This document shows, one piece after another, positions 25,088 to 37,200 of a stretch of 64,000 nt of DNA; position 1 is the stretch's first letter; each line of letters opens with the position of its first letter. Position numbers and translations under genes: made by a program. The notes under the pieces are model-generated. The model ran no database searches. It had not been told where the DNA came from and saw only the letters and a list, made by a program, of their open reading frames with translations. The stretch lies in contig CM120642.1 in the NCBI GenBank assembly GCA_051362555.1, forward strand, positions 21,948,001-22,012,000, given 5' to 3'. Source of the stretch: Lingula anatina (lineage: Eukaryota; Animalia; Brachiopoda).

Positions 25088-27289
25088 CCCGCACGAAAAC
25101 GCAGTAGATACTCCAGCGCAGTAGACTACTGCAATCATACTGCAAACATGTCTCAAATCTGCTTCGATTTGGGAGCTAGTTAGCATATTTGAAACATGCT
25201 TCTATCATGCTGCTAATCTACTGCATTAATGCTCCTCTCTGTACAAACCTATGTACTTTTTGGAGTAGCATCGCAGTAGGCTATACTGCATTTCTACTGC
25301 AAATATGCTCCACACCACTACTGCATTAATGCTTCTTTGCTACTTCGATACTACGGTAAAGTCTTAAAAATTTCGTCGTTCTTGAAAATTTCGTCGGCAG
25401 ACGATTTTCCGCCGACGTAATTTTTTTCCCTTTGAAAACTTCGTCGACCTTGAAAATGAGGTTCTCGATAATTTTTGAAAATTTCGTCACCAAATATGGC
25501 CGCGTTGTCCAGCCCAAACATGAAGGTAATGCGTCAGTTGATTCAAGACAACGATAAGATCAGGATATCATTGCCGATAACACTCTCAATGGGAGATAGG
25601 AACAATAGTGCACCCCTGCGAGCGGTTACTCACAATATAGATGGTTTAGATGTGAATTCCCGTTCTCAATTGCGGGAACGTCGGCCTTTTGTCTTTAGTT
25701 GCATTACTATTACCTGGCTTAAGGTGCGTTATCAAGCCGGCAAATAGAAGTCACAGGCCGCGGCTTTGTCATTTGTAACGCCGTTATTGTTATCGGCGGC
25801 TGTCCTAAATGAGGAAGACACAATGAAAAAATCAAGATATTATCTCGAAGTGAAATGTACCCGTCACTTCTATTCATGTCCATGTTCAATTTAGGACCAT
25901 TTAACGATTACCTGGCTCGTACATGGAGATCGTTCGCAATGCGAATGGGATGAGATGGCAATTTTCATATCTTCAGGGGAGAATCGTTCGCGTAATATCG
26001 TCAACAGATCGTTCGCGATCCAAACGAGACGAGAAGGTAATTTTCATATTTGTAGCGGACTCCGTTGGCATAAGATCTTCAGCGGGAGATCCTTCGCGAT
26101 GTAAGCGAGAATAAAATGCACTTTTCATATTTGTTCAAGGGAACTTTGTTCGTGGAAGATCGTCAGCAGGAGATCATTATTTTAACCCCCCCCTCCCCCT
26201 TTGAACTTTATAAATAATATATATTTTTCATTTTATCTTTAATCCCCCCTTCCCCCGCTCACAGCATATCTTCAGCGGAGAATCGTTCGCGTAATATCGT
26301 CAAGACTTTGTTCGCGTAAGATCGTCAGAGGGAGATTGTTCGCGATCCGAGCGAGACGAAAATACAGTTTTCATATCATCATTGGGAGATCGTCCGCGAT
26401 GTAAGCAAGAATGAAATGCAATTTTCATATTAGTTCAAGGGATTTAGGGAACTTCGTTCGCGGAAGATCGTCAGCGGGAGATGATTATTTAAACCCCTCC
26501 CCCCCCCCCCCCCAAACACACACGCACTTTGGATTTTTTTGAAATATTCATTTTCATTTTATCGTTAATCCGCCCCCTGCCCTGCTCACGGTATATCTTC
26601 GGCGGAGAATCGTTAGCGTAATATTCTCAGGACTTTGTTCGCGTAAGATCATATCAAAGGGAGATCGTTCGCGATCCTTGCTAGACGAAATGGCAATTTT
26701 CACATCTTCATCGGGTGATTGTTCGCGAAGTAAGCAATAATAAAATGCAGTTTTCATATTAGTTCAAGGAACTTACATTGCGGAAGATCGTCAACGGGAG
26801 ATCATTATTTTAACTCCCTGTAAATTTTTAGGAAGTTACAGATGGTAATTTTAGAAGGCCTGACACTCAATCCTGGGCAAAGCCCTGCATGCAACAAACG
26901 TTCCCAAGTGCAAGGTTGCAATTAGGCTTATCTTGATCCTTCTCCTCTATCAGGAGGAATGTTTCTTACCGAGAAAATAATTCTCGACATGTTTTCGGGT
27001 ACAGTAAGTTAAATATAACTTAATCGAGATGCACTAATAAATAGATTATTATTTACCACCAGAAAATGACTTAGGAAGTAGTAATAAATATCCCACCATA
27101 TAGGAGGGTCAAAGATAACAGTAGCCAAGGATAAAAGCCCAAAGGCCGGATTTTTGAAAATTTCGTCATACCCAGGAGTCGGGGAGAGGTAATTTTGAAA
27201 AATTAGTCGGATTTACACAATTAAAAATATTAATTAATTTTTAAGTGACGAAATTTTCCAGACTTTACCGTACTGCATTTTAGTGCGAG
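25088..27289. mobile_element. Short CCC-terminated TIR element (animal CACTA/EnSpm-like) hosting a 1.9-kb insertion
   Basis: CCCGCACGAAAACGCAGTA ... TACTGCATTTTAGTGCGAG, with internal CTACTGCA repeats. It splits the motif GCAGACAACTTGTGGTCAAAA, which is intact at about 5740. Confidence 0.62.
25354..27270. mobile_element. TA-flanked non-autonomous TIR transposon (Tc1/mariner-type target site) with CpG-rich internal repeats
   Basis: TA|CGGTAAAGTCT ... AGACTTTACCG|TA, with subterminal AAAATTTCGTC repeats and internal GATCGTTCGCG-rich repeats at about 25920-26820. No transposase ORF. Confidence 0.85.
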
Positions 27290-27954
27290 CACTTCTGGTC
27301 AAAAATGACATTGTTTCATGAAATTTGAATATCTGTAACTTCTGAGCAATATTATAATTATATTATATTAATATTATTTTGTGCACTGTCATCATTTTTT
27401 AAATATTGAGACTTTCATTATGTGAATTTGAACTCATGGTCCTGAAACTGTAATCTTATTGAAGGGATGGATTGAGACCATCTTCTGGGTTTACATTGGG
27501 GTATGTATTTTTTTCTGTTGGAAGACCATCAAAAATGGAGGATGGATAAAAAAGATACTTTGGAATACTGTCAGAAAATATCTCTGGATCCGCTCCTGTT
27601 ATTGACCATGTTACCTGTTGTGCATGATTAAAATTCAGTGTTGACCGACCTGTGCTATTATAAGCATTATTTATTATTGCATCAAAATTGATAGAATTAC
27701 CTATTTTTGCATCTTTATTTTCTGGTTTTTTTTTTTTTTTTTTTTTTTTTTGTCTGTACATTTGACAGCTTTGCTGCCTTGTCATGAGGTTGTGACTACT
27801 TGAATGTTTCAGTTTAATGCAAAGTTCTGGAGCATATTTAACTTTTGAAACCTGATGCTAAAAACGAAGTCACTATTTCATTTTTATTTTATTTTGTAAG
27901 AAATGTAACTTGTAACTTGAGTGGGGATTATATTTCACCTTTTGTTTACTCCAG

Positions 27955-28114
27955 TGTAATAACCCGCAGACCAAAGAACATAAGCTGAATGAAGCTAAGA
28001 GAATAGTAGCTGAGTGGGAAGAATATGACAATGAAGCAAGGAGGATATTTGAAAACTTTACCAGAAATAAACCCACACTAAGTTCACTAAGTGCTGACCA
28101 CAGTGAAGCACAAG
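27955..28114 (+). pseudogene. UGGT: UGGT exon CNNPQTKEHKLNEAKRIVAEWEEYDNEARRIFENFTRNKPTLSSLSADHSEAQ
   Basis: ctccAG|TGT...CAAG|GTcagt, 160 nt, frame open. Confidence 0.94.
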
Positions 28115-30120
28115 GTCAGTGAGATTTTGAATGCTGACATCTTGCTTGAATTCCTCAAAAAGCAGTTAATGCACCTCAAAAAGTAGTCTGGTGGGAAGGA
28201 GGGGTTCACGTGCACCCCGTGAAAAACAGTGGATACCTATATTTTCTTAACCCTTGATGACTAAATTTTTGATTTTTAGATGTTCCCAGAGTGAAAAAAT
28301 GTCCCATGGGGTTTTAATTTAATGATATGTAACACCCTGTGGCTCAAATAACCACATTTGAAATAATGGGGGTAGGGGAAGAAAATTATCTATAATGTGC
28401 AATTTAAATAAGATATAAGAATGGTTTATATATTTTTATCTAGGTAAAGGGTTGCTCTAAAAATACAAGTAATAAAAGTTATGTAATACTGAACCATGTC
28501 TAAGTAAAATGGTATCAAAGGTCAAATGAGGTCAAATTTGAGAAATTTTCAGAAAAATAAAGCAATAAAGGACATCTGTATAGAGAATGTGAGCCAACAA
28601 CATACTTTTAAGGGTATATTTGATAAATCCCATCTATATTACAAATGTTTAATGGTCATTTGTGACTTAGTTTTACAGTTTGTGAGAATTATGATGGATA
28701 TGATTAGCGTATGGGAGTATCAGTTAAATTTCAGATCAGTGGGGGTAGGGGAAGAAAATCACTCATAACTTGAAATTTAAGTAAGATATAACAATGATTT
28801 ATATATCATTGTATAGCTAAAGGCTTGTTCTAAAAACATAAATAATAAAAATTATGTAATGCTAAACCATAATGGAGTAAATGGGGTCAAAGGTCAAATG
28901 AGGTCAAATTTGAGAAATTTTCAGGAAAATAAGCCAATATAGTTTACTTATTTAGAGGATTAGAACCCACAGTACATTTTAGAGTGTTTTGTGTAAGTCC
29001 CATTTATATAGCAAATGTTTTATGATCTATTGAGACTTAATTTTACAGTTTGTAGAAATTATGATAGATATGATTAACATATGGGTACGGATACTATCAG
29101 TTCAATTTCAGATCAATGGGGGTAGGGGAAGAAAATCACGCATAACCTGAAATTTAAGTAATATATAACAATGATTTGTATATCATTGCATAGCTAAAGG
29201 ATTGCTCTAAACATAAAAGTAATAAAAAATTATGTAATACTGAACTATCTCAAAGTAAAAGGGGGTCAAAGGACGAATAAGGTCAAATTTGAGAAAATTT
29301 CAGAAAAATAAAGTAATATTTTATATAGAAAATGTGAACATAGAAAATGTTTCTTTAGAGTATGATTGGTAAATACAGTTTAAATCTTAGTTATTTAACA
29401 GGGTTTTGGGAATTCATTTTACAGCATTTAGATCTATGTCTGATACCAGTACTTCTGAAGTGTTCAGTTAAATTGCCATAAAGTGGGGGCAGGGAAAGGA
29501 CATCACTCATAGGAGGTATTCTAAGTAAGGTATGACTGTGATTTGTATATCCTTATATACCTGAAGGGTTGTTCTAAACATTTTAATTGCAAATATTATG
29601 TAAAATTGAATGATGTCTGTGTAAAACGGGGGCAACTGGCAAATGAGGTCTCATACTTGAAGCAGTCAAGTTTCTTTATTCAGAGAACATGAGTTCAAAT
29701 TAGGATTTTTGGATATCTTTGATAAATTAAATTTTTGTTACAAAAATTTCATGGAGTTTAAATACTTTATTTTAGAGTTTCTGATATTTATGAATGATAC
29801 AACTTATTAGTATATGTACTGTAGGGGGATCTCAGTTCAATTGCCCACAAATGGGGGCAGCTAGGAGAAGGAAATCATTAATAGTAAGGGGATTAAGTAA
29901 GATATAACTATAGTTTATATATCATTGTGTTGCTGAATGGTCCCTCTAAACATTTAAATAATGTAAATATCAAATGATATGGATTTTTCTCCCCTACACC
30001 TGTTTTTTTTCGACAATTGAATTAAACCCATCTGCATAGCTTGTATAGGTTTTATATCTCACCTACTGTAAAACAAACTCTAATACCCCCATCAAATCAT
30101 TGTAATACATATGAACTTAA

Positions 30121-30123
<3 letters not shown>

Positions 30124-30200
<77 letters not shown>
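30124..30200. repeat. (TA)n microsatellite
   Basis: Pure TA run near the centre of the foldback element. Confidence 0.97.
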
Positions 30201-30204
<4 letters not shown>

Positions 30205-30552
30205 TCACTTTTACATAAAATGTGTTATTTATATGTTATGTGCAACATTTTGGCTGCACAGTGATATATCTAAGGTAAATCTTAATTAAATTCCCTACTA
30301 TGAAGGGTGTCCTTTCCCTGTCTCCATTTTTTATGCAATTGATCCCATCTGCAGTACTCACTTATTGTAAAAAATCCAAATATTCCATCAAGTCCTTGTA
30401 ATAGGGACGGACATGTGTCTAAAAAACATATTTTAGGTTCAAGTCAAGTATAAATAATATAAATTTTATTGGTTTATATTCCTAGAAATGCCTACAAATT
30501 TACCTAGTTTGATCTTGGACCCCATTAAGCCTCACCATGTCTCAATTTTATA

Positions 30553-30739
30553 CAGGCCCGTAGCCAGGGGGGTTTGGGGCGGTTTGAAAGAACCGCCCCT
30601 TTTGGTGGGAAATTGAAAGAAAAGCTGGCAAAAGGTTCACTCTGGGTAAAATTTGATCCAGGTTCATGAAGTTTTTATGGAAAAAGGTCCACTTTTTCAG
30701 AAAAAGAACCCCCTTTTGAAATTGCTGACTACGGGCCTG
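30553..30739. mobile_element. 187-bp MITE (CAGGCCCGTAG...CTACGGGCCTG) nested in the foldback element
   Basis: TIRs flanked by TTATA on both sides. A related partial copy starts at about 1433. Confidence 0.82.
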
Positions 30740-33589
30740 TTATATAACAATTATTTCTGATGTATTTTGAACAACCCTTCAGCTTCAGAATGATACATAA
30801 ATCATAGCTACATCTTACTTAAAAATTCCCTACTATGAACAGATTTTTTCCCTAGCCCCAATTTTTGGCAATTATGCTGAACCCCTCTGCTGTAAGAGTT
30901 GCATTTTAAATTTAACAAACTTTAAAATCAATTCCCATGAAATAATTGAAACAGACAACTTACCCTAAAGAAACATAATCTAAGTTCAAGTTCTCTGTAA
31001 AATAATTATTGTTTTTTTTCCAGAAAATGACTCAAATTTGACCTCTATTTTACTTTCCTGATGATGTCTCAATTTTGACCTTATTTAACATTTGATCTCT
31101 TTTAACTTAGCCATGATTCAATTTTTATTCCTTAAATGTTTAGAGCTCTCTTTTATCAACACAGTGATATATAATCAATGTTATATCTTAATTAAATCCT
31201 ATACTATTAATGATTTTGTTTCCCCTACCCCCATTTTCGGCAATTGAACTACACCCCCCCCCCTCCCCCACCATATTGATAAATCTCAGAAAATGTAAAA
31301 TTAAGTCTTAAAAAATTATAAAACATTTGCTATAAAGATGGGATTTGCACAACATACTCCAAAAATATACTGTGAGCTCTAACCCTCTAAATAAATAAAC
31401 TCTATTGCTTTATTTTTCTGAAAACTCCTCAAATTTGACCTTATTTGACCTTTGACCCCATTTTACTCCATAATTGTTTAGTATTACATAATTTTAATTA
31501 CTTAATATGTGTTTAGAGGAACTCCTTAGCTATGCAATGATATTTGAATCATTGTTACTTAAATTTCAAGTTATGATTGATTTTCTTCCCCTAGCCCCTC
31601 TGATCTGAAACTTAACTGATACTCCCATTCGCTAATCATATCCATCATAATTATGACAAAATGTAAAATTAAGTTACAAATAACCGTTAAGCATTGTCAT
31701 ATAGATAGGATTTACCAAACATACACTAGAAAGTATATTGTTAGCTCACATTCTCTATACAGATAAACTTCATTGCTTTATTTTTCTGAAAATTTCTCAA
31801 ATTTGACCTCATTTGACCCCCTTTTACTTTGAGATGGTTCAGTATTACATAACCTTTATTACTTTTATGTTTAGAGCAATGCTTTAGATATGCAATGATA
31901 TACAAATCATTGTTATATATAACTTAAATTTTAGATTATGGGTGATTTTCTTCCCCTACCCCCATTGTTCTGAAATTGAACTGATAGTGTCAGTACCCAT
32001 ATGTTAATCAATCCTATCCTAATCCATTATAATTTCCACAAACTGTAAAATTAAATACCAATAGACCATTTTGCATTTGCTTAATTGATGGAACTTACAC
32101 AAAACACTCTAAAATGTACTGTGGGCTCTAATCCTCTAAATAAGTAAACTATGTTGGCTTATTTTCCTGAAAATTTCTCAAATTTGAGTTCATTTGACCT
32201 TTGACCCCATTTACTCCATTATGGTTTAGCATTACATAATTTTTATTATTTATGTTTTTAGAACAAGCCTTTAGCTATACAATGATATATAAATCATTGT
32301 TATATCTTACTTTAATTTCAAGTTATGAGTGATTTTCTTCCCCTACCCCCACTGATCTGAAATTTAACTGATACTCCCATACGCTAATCATATCCATCAT
32401 AATTCTCACAAACTGTAAAACTAAGTCACAAATGACCATTAAACATTTGTAATATAGATGGGATTTATCAAATATACCCTTAAAAGTATGTTGTTGGCTC
32501 ACATTCTCTATACAGATGAACTTTATTGCTTTATTTTTCTGAAAATTTCTCAAATTTGACCTCATTTGACCTTTGATACCATTTTACTTAGACATGGTTC
32601 AGTATTACATAACTTTTATTACTTGTATTTTTAGAGCAACCCTTTACCTAGATAAAAATATATAAACCATTCTTATATCTTATTTAAATTGCACATTATA
32701 GATAATTTTCTTCCCCTACCCCCATTATTTCAAATGTGGTTATTTGAGCCACAGGGTGTTACATATCATTAAATTAAAACCCCATGGGACATTTTTTCAC
32801 TCTGGGAACATCTAAAAATCAAAAATTTAGTCATCAAGGGTTAAGAAAATATAGGTATCCACTGTTTTTCACGGGGTTGCACGTGAACCCCTCCTTCCCA
32901 CCAGACTAAAGGGGTCACGTGTAAAAAGAAAAGTTGAAATGTACAGAGGCTTTTTACTGTCATTCATTGATGATAAACAGTGTAGTGTGTTAGTAAAAGT
33001 TATAGCTTTCAAGTCTGTTAAACTAGATAAGAAGTGTAAGTGAGCAGCACTTCAGGTAAAGTGCAATATTTTTGGTAAGTTGAATGGCCTGAACAGTTCA
33101 TATTTTACCAAGATTTTTATTGCTGTATTTCAATTTATTCGATCAAAATGATGTTATTTTTAAAGTAGTCTCATTGGCACACTACCGTATTCATTCATTA
33201 TAAAACTGTATTCAAACATAATTCCAATCACTTTTTATTATAATTTATTGTCCTGTCATTACTCAACTACTATCCTAAAGCCTCCAGACATGCTATCAGC
33301 TTTCTTTATTTTTTTATTGAGGACATTTTAGTAACATTTTCAAACCTGGTTGATTTATATCAAATAAAGGAAACGTGGAACGGCTATACTTTGTACATAT
33401 TTTGTCCCATGCACATTCATTTTTATCAGTTGTCCACAAAATGCATATTGAAATTGCAAAATAAAGCCATAAGTATTATGTAATTGTGTCATGCTCAAGT
33501 TGCAATTGGCAATTGTATTCCAAGTGGTATAGTTAATATTCAATAAATTTACTACAAGTTGCTTAGCTCTGTTTTTGTTGTCTTTCCAG

Positions 33590-33621
33590 AAACCAGTACA
33601 CAACCAAGAGATGAGCTGTGA
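33590..33621 (+). pseudogene. UGGT: UGGT terminal coding exon (E)TSTQPRDEL*
   Basis: tttccAG|AA ACC AGT ACA CAA CCA AGA GAT GAG CTG TGA. The phase matches the previous exon, and RDEL is a KDEL-type ER retrieval signal. Confidence 0.88.
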
Positions 33622-34023
33622 TACTAGCCTGTCACTAGTTAAGCTCATAGTTAATTGCCCCCTTACAGCTTTTAGTAGGCGGGACAGACGCTTAAGCCGG
33701 CTAAGCTGACAGTAATCTAGTGAGACTCTCCAAAGGGATAGATGGATCTAAAATATATGGGAATGGGGTCATAGATTAACTATATACTAATATGAATATA
33801 CAATAAATATGCAGTTTTCAAACATACACATATTACAAAATTTTAATTCTTGAAACGAAAAAAAACATACATTGCAGATTAGATGTTATAATTGCTGTCT
33901 TTATGCAATTCATCCATCAGTTTGAATTCCAAGATGGAAGTTTGTAATTTGTAGTATTGTTAGTGGTGGCAGGTTTGTGACATAGGCAGTAATATGAGGT
34001 CCAAAACAATTTTGTTTCTTTTT

Positions 34024-34211
34024 CAAAATGTTGGCTAGATAGGCAGCTGTTACATTGTAGGTGTGCATTATGAGGTTCATATGATATTTATATTAGTTTA
34101 AAGGATACTAATGTAGTCAAAATGTTGGCTAGATAGGCAGCTGTTACATTGTAGATGTGCATTATATATGAGGTTCATATGATATTTATATTAGTTTAAA
34201 GGATACTAATG
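34024..34211 (+). repeat. About 94-bp tandem duplication
   Basis: CAAAATGTTGGCTAGATAGGCAGCTG...GGATACTAATG occurs at 34024 and 34118. Confidence 0.9.
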
Positions 34212-37200
34212 GTGACAGTGATATCAGGGCTTAGTCTCTGTCTCCCTTTAGCTATTACGTTGCTCATACTCATTGAAAAATATATCTACACCCCTTTATT
34301 CAGTCTTTCAGGTTAGGTCTGATTTGATCAGCTTTGTTATGTATAATGTTAACATGTTTAGGAAAATAATTATATTTGAACTTCATTTTTGTTGTACCCC
34401 CTCTGTGTGAGCTAGAGATCCATTGAACATTCTTAAACCAACCACTTATTTTTTATGGCAATTGTGTTATTATTATCACTATTAGCCCTGAAATCTTGTT
34501 TCTTATGTGTTGAGGAAAAAAATTGAGATTATGGTAACAGCAATAAGTTCTAGAGAAGTGATATTTGGTGCCATTTGTCTTTTATTCTAAGTTCCACAGC
34601 ATTGTGTTGTAATATCATTATAGTGAAAAAGTCAGATAAAATATTGCTAGTAAATGGTGTTGAATATCTCTGAAATAAAAATAGAGGTAACATGTGTAAC
34701 TGATATGTAGGAAGTAGAATGTGGAGATTCAGATTTTGTTCATGGGCTTGACTTTTGACTTTTTTTATAGGCTTTTTTCACATCGGTTATTTTAGCCACA
34801 CAGCTGTACCAGTATGTTTTGAGAAATTGACAACTATGAGCCTGGCTGTTATGTAGTAAAATCAGCTAAATGGAGGCTGAGTGCATTATATCTGTGTCTT
34901 AATTCCTTTCCATCTCTTAAAGCACATATATACAGCTGTATCTCTGGCAATTTTTAGTGTACATATGACTGGTGCTATGCTGGTTAAACTCAGGAGGGAG
35001 GTGTATCTCCTTTACAGCATGTGCAACTTAATGTTACGTACAGCTATTGCCATAAAACTGTGAACAAAAGATTGTTACCAGACTATTTAATGATATTTAT
35101 ATATATGCCTATAATGTGACATTAAAAAATACCAACCAAAAACTTCTGAAAGCTATGGAAAGCCTGTGTAATGTTATGGTAACAATAATAATAATAATGC
35201 CAGTTATGCCTGTATTTTCAGTGAAGAGTAAAATAGCTGTTCCACTGATCACATTGACAAAGCTCAGTATATTTAGAAACTTGACAACAAACAAAATATG
35301 CGTACTGAATAAAAGAAGAAAAATTTTGAAAGGCTTACATATGCAGCTTCTGTTGTTTATCCAAAGTTAATATGTAACAAATGTAAGGTAGAAAATAAGG
35401 GGAGTATATTTGTGTTGCACACTTACACGTGATAACTATTATGAAACTATTGGCGATTATGAAAAAAATGTGAAGCATGAGAATAAAAGAAATTTAATAT
35501 TATTGTGATTTTGTTGATTTTTTGATTGTGAATTTTAATTATGCATTTTCAATTATTTTCCAAAATATTGTGTATTACCAATTAAAAATTCTTTACAATT
35601 AGCATGAAGTACAATCTGATTCGTGGAAATCTGAGGTAATCCATGGTTTGAATGTTCAAAGTAAAGAGAACAAATGGGATAGCAACATGGTGGATGATAG
35701 CAAAGCTGCTACTTTGATGTTGTCTTGGAGGACATTGACATTTAGGTTTTAAATTATATAATAAAACAATTGACTTTTGCAGACCTGAAAAAAGTGATCT
35801 TGAATTAGAGAACCCACTGTTCCCCTCTCTCCCTGAGGCCAGAGAAGCACTGCTCGGACCACTTTGTTTAAGGGGGACAGGAAAAAATTTTGAAGGAATT
35901 AAATGTTGTTCAAAAAAAGAGATCGTTACGATTCATATAAATTTTAATGGATTTCGAAAAGACAGAAGAGGAGGAGATCTTGCAAATGTATTGTTAAAAT
36001 TCTATGAGATAACAAAGAGAATGAGTAAGAGACATGATTCAAACAAGTCAATCATTGTGATTTTGGAAAAGATAGTTATTTATATTTTTAAAAAATGGGC
36101 TGCATTCGATTTTAAAAGACCATCCCCTTTATACGCACCAAGATTTAGCTGTCTTCATAATATGCATTCCCAAACTCTCAACCAAGTCCCCTCACTTTTC
36201 TCACCTGAGGGGTTAAAAACCAGGCTAACCCTTGCCTATTAAATTCTTTAGCTGGCATTTAAGCAATTGTCACTGCATTATGAGCAGTTGCATTAACTGA
36301 AAGCCAAGAATAATACAACTGCTGAGACACTATGGGAAAGTTATTTGTTTTCATATTCTTTTCATCTGGTTAATTGATCAAGGCTAGCTAATTTTTCTAA
36401 ATTTTCATGACCACCTGGATATGTAATGGTTGATTTATAGTAAAGCAGTAAATCTAACACAAGTGCTTGATCGGTCTCATATCTACAAATCTGAAGAACT
36501 AAGAGCAATGGCATCAGAGCAAGTGCCTTGAAGTGCTGTGTGTGTGGTACAATGCAGTACACAAACCAACACACTTATTCATTTACCATCCAGCTTTACA
36601 TCACATTCATAAAGGCAAGTATATAATTCTGTGTGCCAAATATAAACAGAGCAATTAAAAATATTGAGACACATAAAGTGGCAATATGGGTGTATACAGT
36701 AATAAGAATATAAACAAACACATAACAGTGTGTTTGCATATATTCTGATCACTGTGACTGTGTTTGTATTCATCTTGACTGGGTTCCCATACCTAGATCG
36801 ATCTAACAGGATCAATCCATCCCCAAGGGTTTTCTCACTAAATGAACCTAGGCCGCTTAGATTTCTGTCACATCTACTGAAGCTGCTAGGGGGGTAACTC
36901 ATTATTGTTTAGTAGCTTTAGTAGGCGTGCCAGACATCTTAAATGTTTAAGCGGCCTGGTTGTTTGCAATTTAGCAAGAATCCCTTGTCAGATAGATCGA
37001 ACCACAGTACTATAGTACTATAGTATTCATTCTGTGCATGGTTGTGTTGTCATTGTACATGTCAAAATTTATTGTGATCACTGTGTATGTCTGAATTGTG
37101 ACTGTGTTTGTTTGTAATGATTATCATTACTGTGTGTTTGCATTTATTGTGAGCAATGTTTATGTCAGTTTTGTCAGTCTATATGTTTTTAATCATTATT

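Larger units (their letters stand above)
28184..32908. mobile_element. Academ-like foldback element, 4.7 kb, with very long modular TIRs
   Basis: AAG|TAGTCTGGTGGGAAGGAGGGG ... CCCCTCCTTCCCACCAGACTA|AAG. The arms are near-identical for several hundred bp, as shown by mirrored ORFs 28526-28768(+) and 32323-32565(-). They are built from ~360-bp modules. No coding sequence. Confidence 0.9.
3333..33621 (+). pseudogene. UGGT: Unprocessed (intron-containing) pseudogene of UDP-glucose:glycoprotein glucosyltransferase, C-terminal half
   Basis: Colinear AG/GT-bounded exons translate to UGGT motifs (GYFQLKA.PGAW, NIFSVASGHLY.RFLR, KII.VDADQ, GAPYG.TPFC, FWKSGYWA, LWCETWC..AKTIDL, CNNP.TKE, RDEL*). There are four in-frame stops, one frameshift and missing exons. 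Confidence 0.93.

Noticed and set aside
28526-32565. Pair of near-identical 80-aa ORFs on opposite strands as duplicated genes
   Set aside because: They are mirror images within the inverted arms of the foldback element and have no recognisable domain.
33625-33770. Conserved 3' UTR regulatory element after the RDEL stop
   Set aside because: It shares motifs with 36780-36990 (GCTTTAGTAGGCG, TTCCCATA..TAGATC), which indicates a degraded dispersed repeat.
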